Shown here: in pieces, positions 20,901 to 30,743 of the stretch
Layout of the letters: each line of letters opens with the position of its first letter
Position numbering within the stretch: position 1 is the stretch's first letter
DNA from: Chrysochromulina tobinii
Lineage: Eukaryota
Length of the DNA stretch: 46,113 nt
Direction of reading: 5' to 3'
NCBI GenBank assembly: GCA_001275005.1
Contig: JWZX01003247.1
Location: forward strand, 1-46,113
Program-made: the position numbers and the translations under genes
Notes under the pieces: generated by a model
Databases searched by the model: none
Told to the model about the DNA's origin: nothing
What the model saw: only the letters and a program-made list of their open reading frames with translations

Positions 20901-21848
20901 ACCCATCTCCTCGACCCAGCCCTGGAGAGTGTCGAGGTCTTCCCCGCCCAGAGCCACCAAGCCCATCAGGCCCGCATGGTAGTAGCGGCTGTGGAACGCT
21001 CGGAGCGCCGACTGCATGTCGACGCCGCGCGCCGCCGGCCCGATCTCGAGCGATCGACGATCGCCCCACATGAACCGGCGGTACGGGTGGGCAGGCGCGC
21101 ATAGGTGCCCAAGCAGCTGCGCGTGCCGATTTCCCTCCTCCTGACGTGCCTGCTGGAACTCGCTCTCGATGGCCTTCACCTCACGCGCGGCAGAGCCTAC
21201 GTTGAACGAGGGCGTGGCCATAAAGTCGAGGAAGCGGTCGAGTGCCGGCTTGAGCTGCGAGGGGCTCACATCAAAGTACACCACCGTGTGCTCCGCCGAG
21301 GTCTCCCCATTGTCCTCGCCGCCGTGCGCCGAGAGGAAGCGGTTCCACTCGTCTTCGTCCGGATAGCGCTCGGAACCCATGAAAACCATGTGCTCGCAAA
21401 AGTGGGCGAGGCCGTCGAGGTCGGGCGGGTCGGACATGCCGCCCACGCCCACCGCGAGCGCGACCGCCGCCTTGCTGCCCGCACTTGCGCCGGCTTCGTC
21501 GTCCTCGTCCTCACCTTCCTCCTCGTCTTCCTCATCATCTTCGTCCTCATCATCCTCGTCCTCGTCCTCTCCATCACCCTCGTGATTCTTTTCATCCTCT
21601 CCATCGTCGTCCTTGTCGGTGGGCACGGCCACGGCGTCCGGATCGGAGATGAGCAGCGCGCGCAGCCCATTGGGCAGCTCAATGAGCCGATATAATCTTT
21701 TGTCGTTGACCGGCTTGGCGAGACGGTCGCTCAGCGTCATCGACGCCGTGCGCTGCCCGAGGCGTGCACGTTTAATTGGGGGCATGGAGAAAGTGTCCAC
21801 AGCGGTGAGGAGGGAGACGGCGTAGAAAGCGGCGAAGCCCAAGCGCAT
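17995..21848 (-). CDS. M16A zinc metallopeptidase, nardilysin/insulysin-like, about 1254 aa; exons 21848-18649, 18559-17995
   Basis: DKRLYRLIELPNGLRALLISD, long acidic tract, GLAHFCEHMVFMGS (HxxEH), LLGHEGKGS, FDTLRTKQQLGY; one intron joins the frames (3765 nt). Confidence 0.92.
18560..18648 (-). other. GT-AG intron (89 bp, phase 2) in the M16A gene
   Basis: GG|GTAAGC...CCCTCATCAG|GTACGT; tgattgcc repeats; restores RFLEG-YVATL. Confidence 0.9.
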
Positions 21849-22499
21849 CCGTCGGCGACGTCGGCTTTAGGTCGCGCGCTGTCCCGGTGGTTGCACAAGC
21901 GCATGCATATATGGTGATGGGGGGAAGGGGGGGGGACGGGGGTGAGGTGCGGTAAGGATAATGACTGACCCGCCGTGAACAGATGCTGCGTGATTTTTCA
22001 TCTCTAGATGCGCCCCTTCCCGAGCGTACAGTCTACAGAACTACAAGCGATGGGGCGACCGCACACGCGGCAGCGCTCGCCTTGCGCTCGCCGCCGCAAG
22101 CCGCGGCGCGAACTCCGCGTCGAGCATCGTGAGGCGCTCGCCGCACAGCTCAAAGAGCGCCGCCACCGCGCCCGCTACGAGTGCGCCGCACGCGCGCACG
22201 GCCTTTTCGAGCGCCGACTGAGCCAGCTCCAGCTGCGACTGCTCCGGAGCGCCGCCTCGCTCACGGGCGCCGCGGCTCCGAGAACCCGAATTCGTCGCGA
22301 GTGCCACCCGGCAGGTGCCCATCTGGGAGTGGCAGCCCCAAGGCGGCGGCCATGACCGGGCCAAAGGACTCACGCCCAAAGATGCGCTCGCCACGATGTG
22401 GCCGTCGGGCTGCAGACCGTACACCGTGTACCCCCTCGCGCCCGCTGCAGCCCATGGCGTTGGGCCGGTGGAAGCAGGAAGGCCAGAGGCTCTTTGGCC

Positions 22500-22910
22500 G
22501 TGCGACCGGTGCTTTCGCGCTCCGTGATGAAGCGCCGGGTGAGCAAGCTGTCGCCCTGCTCCTTGACGTACACTCGGAGATGGGTCTTGTACTTGTTGCG
22601 GACGAGCCACAGTAGACGTTGTCCCTGCCGTCGCGGGCGCGCACGTGAGGGCGCAGAGCAGGACAGGGGCGCGGACGCAGGCAAGTGGAGGGAGAGTGTG
22701 GGACAGGCGCACATGTGGACGTGGTCCGTTGTGATCTTGCCACCTTGTGCGCGCTTGGTGCCGCGGGCACCGGGCTGCCCGCGTTCCGACTTTCTTCGAG
22801 ACCTCACCGACGCAACAGCCACCTCCTGCCAGGACGAGTGCCTCGGCGGTTTTTTTCACGAATCCATCAAACCGCCCGGTGAAGCAGATAATCATGCCCA
22901 AGAAGCTCAT
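22500..22910 (-). pseudogene. Possible BRCT-domain gene fragment
   Basis: MSFLGMIICFTGRFDGFVKKTAEALVLAGGGCCVGEVSKKV fits the first half of a BRCT fold; the downstream frame loses similarity and I could not build a convincing spliced continuation. Confidence 0.35.
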
Positions 22911-23131
22911 GTCGCTGACGACTGGCTGCGACGAGGATCACCATTTTTGGAAAAGCTCACCGCACACGACGAAGAAAAAATGTGCCAAAAAAGGGGAACA
23001 TTGCTTGCATGCCACTGTCAAAAAAAACCAAGACGACGCCGTAAATCGATTCAACAAGCTTGCAGAGATGGCTCACCACCGCATCATGTTAACGTTCACA
23101 CCTCGGCGGCGCGCGTTTCTCAGACGCGAAA

Positions 23132-25444
23132 ATGTCGACGGAGGCGGCCGCGATCGAGAACATCGCCGTGTACGCTCGCATCCGCTCGAGCTCCCAGCCC
23201 GCGGAGGCGAGCAGCGACGTGAGCGTCGTCGACGGCCAGCCGGACAAGGTACGTGCGAAGGACTTGCAATTCAACCTCGATCACGCGTTCGGCAGTGACG
23301 CCAAGCAGGCGGAAGTGTTCAACGTGATTGGCGCGCCGCTCGTGCAGCGCATCACCGACGGATATAATGCGTGCATTATTGCCTATGGCCAGACTGGCAG
23401 CGGCAAGACGTACACGATGCTTGGTCCTGAGAACGCGAAGCTCGACGGCTCGGGTGGCGAGACGGCCGACCTGGGCATCGTCCCACGCGCATGCCTGCAG
23501 CTCTTCAAGATGCTGCCCGCGGGCTACACGGTGACGACAAGCTACATGGAGGTCTACAATGACAACGTCAACGACCTCCTCACGGCCGACTACACGAACA
23601 AGGAATACCTGCCGCTGCGCGAGACGGTGACGGGCCACGTCGAGCCTGACGGCATCACGCGGCGGCAGGTCAAGAGCGCCTCGGACGTGATGAAGGCGAT
23701 CGCGCTCGGCGATAGCCGGCGCGTCGTCGCCGCCATGGCCATGAATCCTCGCTCGTCGCGCGGCCATGGCCTGATCGCCATCGAGACGTACACCGACAAG
23801 GGCATGTCGCACGGCCGGCTCTGCCTCGTCGACCTCGCCGGTGAGATTTTGCCCTGTGATTGCCACATGATGGAGACATGATGGCCAAATGATTGCCATC
23901 TGATCGTCATATGATTTTCATCCGATTGCCAAATGATTGCCAAAATGATTGCGACGTGATTGCGACATGGTTGCCATAGGATTGCGCTATAGGATTGCCC
24001 TCCGATGGACCTCAGGTATGGAGAGCTCCAAAAAGTCCGGCGCGGTCGACGTCTCGGGCCCGTCCGCGGCCAAAGCTCGCCAAGAGGAGGCGAAGCGCAT
24101 CAACATGAGCCTTCTGGCCCTGTCGAATGTCGTCAATGCTCTCGCGTCCAAGGGCGCGATGAAGGTGCCCTTCCGAGACTCGAAGCTCACACGGCTGCTG
24201 CAGAGCTCGCTAGCGGGCAACTGTAAGGCGGCCTTCGTGGTCATGCTGCGCGGCGAGAAGCAGAATGTCGAGGAGGCGACCCTCACCCTCCGCTTTGCTC
24301 AGGCGAGAGTGCCACCCACACTGAGTGCCACACTGAGTGCCACACTGACTACCGCTGGTTGCCAGATTGATTGCCAGATTCGAGTGACATCGATTGCGGA
24401 CCCTCCGTTTGGCGATCTGATGGCGATCTCTCGACCTCCGTGATTGCGGACCCTCCGGATTTCGCAGCGTGCCAAAGCGGTGGCCGCGACCGTGATGAGG
24501 AATGAAGACTCCGTCAAGGCGAGGAGTACAGGGGCGGCCTTCCTCGCCGCCCAGAAGAAGCTCGAGGAAGAGCTGCAGGCGCAGCGCGCCGCGCTGAGCG
24601 CGTACCAGGAGAAGCTCGCCAGCGCTGAAGGCGTGAAGGAGGCTATGAAGGCGAAGGTCGACACGCTGCTCTCGGAGATGCAGTCTCTGCAGCGTGATGC
24701 GGACGACGCGAAGCGGCAGAGGCGTCAAGAGGCGCTACAGGACGAGACGGTGGCTATGTCGCAGGCGGCGCTTGAGAGGCGTGTGAAGGCGCTCGAGCAG
24801 CGCAACCGGTGCGTGGGGGGTGGTCCTTGATTGTGATCTGATCGCGATCTGATTGAGGTCTGATTGAGGCCTGATGGAGCTCTGAGTGCATATGATTATT
24901 GCCTTCATCGGCGCACAGAGAGCTCGAGGAGGAGAATCGTCTGCTTCGTCAACGCGACATCATGCACCGGCTCATCGAGCTTGATCAGCTGGAGGCCGCG
25001 AGCGGCGACGGTGTGAAAGGCGGGCTCGGTGTGAACAAGGAGCAGCTCGCCACCTTCAACACGCCGTCGATGTCCGTGACGGGTGCCTTTGCAGTGCAGC
25101 TTGACCGCCAGATAGAAGAGAGCGAGGTCCGTCGCGAGGTGCGCCGAAAAGCGAGCGCTCAGCGATTGAGCAGTGGGCAAGCAACCGTTCCACAGAGGAG
25201 ATGGTCTCTGCTGCGGATGACCTTTCTATCCAAAAGGGCCAAGGGAAGAAGCGTGGCCCGGGGGAGCGGATTCGCAGCTGCGCGTGGCTCGTTGCGGCGC
25301 GTGAACCCGGCGCCCAAGACGACAAAGAAGGTGCTCTCGCGTGAGGACCAGGCGACCATCAAGATCCAGGCTGTCTGGCGCGGCAAGATGGTGCGCGATG
25401 AGCTCGCGTTCGGGTATGGCGACGAGCACGCGTACGGGTACTGA
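23132..25444 (+). CDS. Divergent N-terminal-motor kinesin with coiled coil and C-terminal IQ motif, about 620 aa; exons 23132-23840, 24016-24302, 24468-24808, 24919-25444
   Basis: IAVYARIR, AYGQTGSGKTYTM, YMEVYND, NPRSSRGH, LVDLAG, VPFRDSKLTRLLQSSLAGN, TLRFAQRAK; tail IQAVWRGKMVR. Three introns join the frames (1863 nt). Confidence 0.92.
23841..24015 (+). other. GT-AG intron (175 bp, phase 1) in the kinesin gene
   Basis: G|GTGAG...CCTCAG|GTATG; many tgattgcc units. Confidence 0.88.
24303..24467 (+). other. GC-AG intron (165 bp, phase 0) in the kinesin gene
   Basis: CAG|GCGAG...TCGCAG|CGT; restores the conserved TLRFAQ|RAK; contains ctgagtgccaca and gattgcggaccctccg repeats. Confidence 0.85.
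24809..24918 (+). other. GT-AG intron (110 bp, phase 2) in the kinesin gene
   Basis: CG|GTGCG...GCACAG|AGAG; ctgatt repeats; restores the coiled coil EQRNR-ELEEEN. Confidence 0.85.
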
Positions 25445-25596
25445 GAGGATGGGGGGCGATTTGGTGAGGACGGGGGGGATACGGTTACCGGTCTAAGAGT
25501 CTCGGGGAATTCGCTTTTTCGTCCAGTTTTTGGGGCCGGGGCCGCGGCGGGACGCGGCGCGTCGGCGTGCCGCGTCGTCCGCTCGGCCGCGCAGCC

Positions 25597-26427
25597 ATGG
25601 CAACGGGCGCTGGCTTACTTACGTTTGGCACGGACGAACGACAGCCCGCGAGTGGCACGCGCTGGGCCTTTGCAGATGCGCGCTCGGTCGGATGGACCCA
25701 GCGCGGCTTGCTAGGTTGGAAAGGTCACCTGCAGAGTGGGCACGTGTCCGAGGATCCTCACACGCGAAGAGGCGGCCCGTTCCGAGTTTTGCAGCTCGGG
25801 CGCACGCCACCCGATGAGGGAAATCGCCTTTTGGAGGACTCGGTGATGGTCATGGACAGTCTGCTAACGCTGCAAGAGTGTGCGACCATGATTGGTGCTG
25901 CGAATGCTTGGTGCGACCGTGAACCGTGGACCGGTGAGTCGCTGCGTCGCATGCAGTGCCACACGCGCGGCATCAACCTCGACGGCGAGGCCCATGCTCT
26001 GGCGCACATCATCCTGACGCGTGTGCTCTGGTTCGTCGAAAATCTCGAGCCAGAGCTCACGGCGGAGCTCTTTCCCAGGAAAGGTAAGCGCCATCTGGCT
26101 GACATGTCCTTCACGTTCAGCGGTCAGGAGCCCATGATCAATCGGTACACGACGGGCGGCATGTTCGACCCGCACCAGGACGGCCATGCGCTCACGGTGC
26201 TCGTGCCCCTATCGGCACCCGACATGGACTTTTCGGCAGGCGGCACCGCATTTTGGTCTGGCGAGGTCACATCTGACTCATCAGTTGCGAAGAGCTTTCC
26301 GCCCTCGCTGGTGATACGGCCACCCGCCGGGACCGGCATCTTCTGGCGCGGCCATATCACGCACGCCGGTCTGCCCATTAGGTCGGGCATGCGCCACGTG
26401 TTCGTGGCCAGCTTCGATCTAAGTTGA
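25597..26427 (+). CDS. 2OG-Fe(II) dioxygenase (prolyl/lysyl-hydroxylase-like fold)
   Basis: INRY..FDPHQD (HxD), GGTAF, ITHAGLPIRSGMRHVFVASF (distal His and 2OG-binding Arg). Confidence 0.85.
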   Translation: MATGAGLLTFGTDERQPASGTRWAFADARSVGWTQRGLLGWKGHLQSGHVSEDPHTRRGGPFRVLQLGRTPPDEGNRLLEDSVMVMDSLLTLQECATMIGAANAWCDREPWTGESLRRMQCHTRGINLDGEAHALAHIILTRVLWFVENLEPELTAELFPRKGKRHLADMSFTFSGQEPMINRYTTGGMFDPHQDGHALTVLVPLSAPDMDFSAGGTAFWSGEVTSDSSVAKSFPPSLVIRPPAGTGIFWRGHITHAGLPIRSGMRHVFVASFDLS

Positions 26428-26817
26428 GCGAATGGAGATCAAACGAGTGCGTTTGAGTGGATCATGTGTGAGTGGGTGAGAGCTTGGTGTGCGGAGTTAA
26501 CCGTGAGAGAGCTGTGGGAGTCGCTGCGGGGGCGACGGGAATCACCACTTTACACCGACGGGTACGAAACATGTGCCTTGTCGACGTATACCCGTCCGTG
26601 ATCAGGGCGCCACGCCGTAGCAGTCCTAAGGGAGGCCAGTAGGCCAAACCTACCCAACAATACTCTATTCACGCAGACTTTTTCGAGGCGCTGTGAATGC
26701 ATCGTGCCGAAGCACGTTTCGAGAAAAAGAATCAAGCCGAGGCATTTCACAACCCAGTCCGTGTGCTTTCACCTCTGCGTTCAACGCTGCGTAGATACAG
26801 GGTGAAAGGCCTGCTCG

Positions 26818-27990
26818 ATGACCACGAGCGTGTTCGCCATGGCACTTGCCCAGCTCACGCCCATCCAATTCAACTTCACCGGAATTCTGGACGAGTTCGC
26901 ATATCTCGGCGTGCCACGGCAGTACAAGGTACTCTTCCCAACTGTCGAGATTGCTCCCAAAGCGGCTCGCGTGCCGGCAATCCTCATGCTGCACGGCAAC
27001 ACGGCCGACGCAGACACGCTCGCGCTACAGACAAATATGACTCAATTTGCTCCCGCCCGCGGCTTCTTCCTCGTCATGCCCGACGGGGTGCAGACACCCG
27101 GCTCAAAGCACCGCACCATGGACCGCAGCTGGAATTCGGGTGCGTGCTGCGACGAGGCCTACACGCACAACGTGGACGACGTCGCCTTCCTGTCCGCCGT
27201 GATCGACGATTTGCTTCATCGATTTCCTCATATCGATCCCGGTGCCGTCTACATGACGGGCACCTCACTTGGCGGCTCGATGGCTCTGCGCGCGGCTTGC
27301 AGCATCCCGGAGAAGCTCGCCGGCGTCGCATCCGATGTGGGGAGCTTTGAGGCCTACAATGGTATGTCCTGTGCCTCGGCATGCGAGGCCAACGAGGCCG
27401 ACGGGTACACCTACTGTGTCTGGAATCAGAGCGCTCACGCTGGCTGCACACGGGACGCTTACGCGCGTCGGCTACCCGAGCATCGACTGCCCCAGACTTA
27501 CAGCTGCGACGCGCAGAGGCATAAGCCGGTGCCGACGCTGTTGGCGAATGGTTGGCTGGATCCTGTGTCCAATGTGTCGGGTGGCATCACCTACCCCACG
27601 ATCGCGAACACGTCGGGCTCCTACAACACCTCCTTCCCGCCAACTGACTTTGTGACCAGTTTCCTGCTGGAGACTTGGGGTTGCGATCCCCATGCCGAGA
27701 GCGTCATCAGCTTCCACAACGGCACGCTTCGTAACTACACGAGCTGCCGCACGTGGCCGAGCTGCGCGACGAACGTGACGCTCTGCCTGAGCGACGCGGG
27801 CCACAAGTGGTTTGGTGACCATCCGGACATTTACGCCGTGTGCCGCTTCCAGGGGCGCTCAGATGACGAGTGCAACATCGACCAGATCCTGGCGGATTTT
27901 GGGCCCGACACGGACTCGATGCGGTTGACCAATGAGATGCTCGACTTCTTCGAGCGCCATCTGCCGTGGACCATGGGAAGATCGGGTTGA
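26818..27990 (+). CDS. LpqC/PHB-depolymerase-like serine esterase, probably secreted
   Basis: ILMLHG, VMPDG, SWNSGACC, DDVAFL, YMTGTSLGG (GxSxG), late GH; hydrophobic N-terminus, many Cys and N-x-S/T sequons. Confidence 0.85.
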   Translation: MTTSVFAMALAQLTPIQFNFTGILDEFAYLGVPRQYKVLFPTVEIAPKAARVPAILMLHGNTADADTLALQTNMTQFAPARGFFLVMPDGVQTPGSKHRTMDRSWNSGACCDEAYTHNVDDVAFLSAVIDDLLHRFPHIDPGAVYMTGTSLGGSMALRAACSIPEKLAGVASDVGSFEAYNGMSCASACEANEADGYTYCVWNQSAHAGCTRDAYARRLPEHRLPQTYSCDAQRHKPVPTLLANGWLDPVSNVSGGITYPTIANTSGSYNTSFPPTDFVTSFLLETWGCDPHAESVISFHNGTLRNYTSCRTWPSCATNVTLCLSDAGHKWFGDHPDIYAVCRFQGRSDDECNIDQILADFGPDTDSMRLTNEMLDFFERHLPWTMGRSG

Positions 27991-28191
27991 GAAATATGAA
28001 AATGGTGGGGGGGGTGTTTGTTGGCGAGCCGACGCACACGAAACACAGCACACGGAAAGTTTAATCTTGCAGGTTGCGTCAAGTTCGTCAACCCGCTTCA
28101 CTCGACGCGTTTTTTCACAAGGGAAAGTGATCGCCGACACACCCCACACGGCCAGCCCTCCGCGTCGAGCAAGTGTGAGAGCGCGCACTCC

Positions 28192-28974
28192 ATGGCAACC
28201 CTGCTCAACGTGACCTCGCAGCGCCTCACGCATCTCGATGGACCGCCAGCATACCCCGTCGACAACTTCGTCTCGCGTGCGTACAGCTGGGATAACGATG
28301 GTGTGGTGATGACTACCTTCACGGTCATCCTCACCATCCTCCTGGAGCTCTGCTCCTTGGATGCCGTGAGCCGCATCGTCAGCGCCAAGCAGGGCGCGCA
28401 GCTCTACGCAAAGGGTGTCGCCATGAATGTGGTCAACAACTGTCTTCTCGGCCCGCTGGCGTACGAGCTTGTGTCCACGTGCTTCATGGCTCCGCCCCTG
28501 AGCGGGTGGGGCCGAGTTGGGATGGTGACGGCTATCCTCGTGGGGCATGCGATCGGATACTACCTCGCACACCGCTGGATGCACACGAAGCAGATGTACT
28601 GGGCGCACCGCTTCCACCACCGCTTTAACATGCACGTGGCTCCTGTGACGGCAAACGCTGTGTCTCTGGCCGAGTACGTAGTGGCCTACATGGCGCCGTT
28701 CATCCTTGGTTCGGCGCTGCTGCAGCCCGACCGGCTGTCGCTGTTCGTGGCGGTGGGCATCATCTCGCTGAACAATCTGCTCATCCACACGCCGCGCCTC
28801 GCCGACCTCTCCGCGCGCCTCGTCCCTTGGCTGTTCGTGTCGACCGAGATGCACTTGGAGCATCACCGCAAGCTGACCACGCACTGGGCCGCGCCGACCA
28901 TCTCGATCGATCGTCTGATCGAGTACTTCATGGGCACGCCGGGAAGCTACGGCAAGGAGTTCAAGGACGACTGA
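28192..28974 (+). CDS. Fatty acid hydroxylase / sterol desaturase superfamily membrane protein
   Basis: His boxes HRWMH, HRFHH and HLEHH with intervening hydrophobic segments. Confidence 0.88.
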   Translation: MATLLNVTSQRLTHLDGPPAYPVDNFVSRAYSWDNDGVVMTTFTVILTILLELCSLDAVSRIVSAKQGAQLYAKGVAMNVVNNCLLGPLAYELVSTCFMAPPLSGWGRVGMVTAILVGHAIGYYLAHRWMHTKQMYWAHRFHHRFNMHVAPVTANAVSLAEYVVAYMAPFILGSALLQPDRLSLFVAVGIISLNNLLIHTPRLADLSARLVPWLFVSTEMHLEHHRKLTTHWAAPTISIDRLIEYFMGTPGSYGKEFKDD

Positions 28975-29627
28975 GCTTCTGGGAGCATGTGTAGCTGTGG
29001 GAGATATCCCATTTTAGCAGCAGCCTGTGCCGCGCTGCAAACGTACCTTATTACTGCAAACGCTGTGTTAACGCTGTGTGAGCCGGTGAGGCTGGAGACG
29101 TGAGAAGCTGAAAGCCGTTGCACATTGCTCATTGCTCCTTGTGGACATCGTTCGCATTCTCTTAGGAACGCAAGCGCATCCAAAATGCAAGACGATATCC
29201 GAAAACGCGACGCCATCGGGGTAAGGTAACGTTAACGTAACGATGCGACGCGCGACAGGGGCCCGCGCCGCCACGAGCACAGCGCGCCCCGCGATGGCAA
29301 GCGCACAGCCACACCGGAACGGGTAACGCGGGTAAGCGCACACATCGTCACACACGAGGCCGCGCGCGGAGGTCTGCGTCTGGCGGCGGGCGTCACCGTC
29401 TAGTCACCGTCACAGGCCGTCAGGCCCCGTCAGCCAGGAGCCAGCGCGGCAGCGCAGGACTGCGGGGAACGCGAGTCCGCGACCGGGGAGCGATTGGTAT
29501 CAGTGATTTTCAGTGATTGATCGTTCAGACCAGGCGGTGCAGCACCTCCGCAAGCTCAGCCCTCGAGAGATACTCGAGAGATCGGATTGAGCGTCCTCGA
29601 GTCGCTTGATGACGAGTCGCTCAGGGC

Positions 29628-30509
29628 TCACACGTTGTATGCGCCGGGCGCTGGCGTATTGCCAAAGCGTGCGGCCAGCTTTTGCGTGTACCAGCGGTCG
29701 CAGCTGCCGAAACCACGAGAAGGTGAACCGGCTTTTGTGCTCAGCCTCTGCGGGCCGATCGAGTCCTGCAGCGTGTAGATGGGCCCTGGCGAGATCTTGC
29801 CGAAACTCTTGGTCCGTTCTTGGGCTGCGGACGTGTACACTTTGTCCATGTTCTCGCGCGTGCTCGTGCCCATTCCGAAGAGGGGCGCGGAGGCGAAGCG
29901 GCCCACCGCCTGTGGGCCGACGCTTGAGGCGATCTCGTACGCTCCCGGCGCCGGCTGCTTCGCGGCGGCCTTGAGGGACGGGTCCTTGAAACGCTCATTC
30001 GTTCCGAAACCCCAGCAAGGCTCCGAGCCTTTGCAGGACGAGTACTGCTTGCCGACCCCGGCGACCCCGCTGTAAGTGGCGGGCCCCGGCGAGCCCACGC
30101 CTGAAAAGGTGGAGATCGAGTGCTCTTCAGACACGTAGACCTTCTCGACGCCCTGGCGTGTGGAGGTGCCCATCGAGAAGCCGCCCGGCCCGCCAATCGT
30201 GTCTTTCATGTCGTAAGCGTTTGGCCGCTGGCTAGCAGGAAGATGGTTGAACCGCTCGGAGGTGCCCATCCCGTACGACGGCTGGGACGTGAGAATGAGC
30301 TGCGGTCCGAGCACACTCTTACTGCCGTACTTGGCTGGGCCGGGCGACAACGGCATGGTCGAGAGCTCTGCGTGCTTCGGCGAGATGAAGACTTTGGCCG
30401 CATGCTCGCGAGTCGAGGTGCCGAAGCCATAAGAGGGCGCCGACTGGCGCGAGGAGACCCACTGGTTGCCAAGCGTACTGGACACAAATGTGGTCAACGC
30501 GTCAGCCAT
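29628..30509 (-). CDS. PGP-repeat (SHIPPO/STPG, ODF3-like) ciliary microtubule-associated protein
   Basis: Repeated SPGPAKY, SPGPATY, PAPGAY, SPGPIY, TPAPGAY alternating with P(S/L)(Y/F)G(F/M)GTSxR. Confidence 0.8.
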   Translation of the reverse strand: MADALTTFVSSTLGNQWVSSRQSAPSYGFGTSTREHAAKVFISPKHAELSTMPLSPGPAKYGSKSVLGPQLILTSQPSYGMGTSERFNHLPASQRPNAYDMKDTIGGPGGFSMGTSTRQGVEKVYVSEEHSISTFSGVGSPGPATYSGVAGVGKQYSSCKGSEPCWGFGTNERFKDPSLKAAAKQPAPGAYEIASSVGPQAVGRFASAPLFGMGTSTRENMDKVYTSAAQERTKSFGKISPGPIYTLQDSIGPQRLSTKAGSPSRGFGSCDRWYTQKLAARFGNTPAPGAYNV

Positions 30510-30743
30510 TGCGACCGGCACTCTTTCTGTCCTCAGAAACTCGACTCACGGCCAGTCGCGTGCTCGCGTCCAAGTAGAAGGTTCCCGGGCACCCGCGTTC
30601 TTCGTTCGGTCGGATGTACAACCAAGAACGACCTGGAACGCTCTGCGTGAGCACTAATTGAGGTCCGGGACAAGAGGGAAGACCTCTGATTGAAAGGATC
30701 ATTCGCTGGAGCGCTCTCAAATGCGCGCTCTCACTGTCCAAGG

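Noticed and set aside
19501..20982. Long antisense ORFs (for example 19501-20982, 31125-32768, 40659-41894)
   Set aside because: Shadows of GC-rich genes on the opposite strand with no domain motifs.
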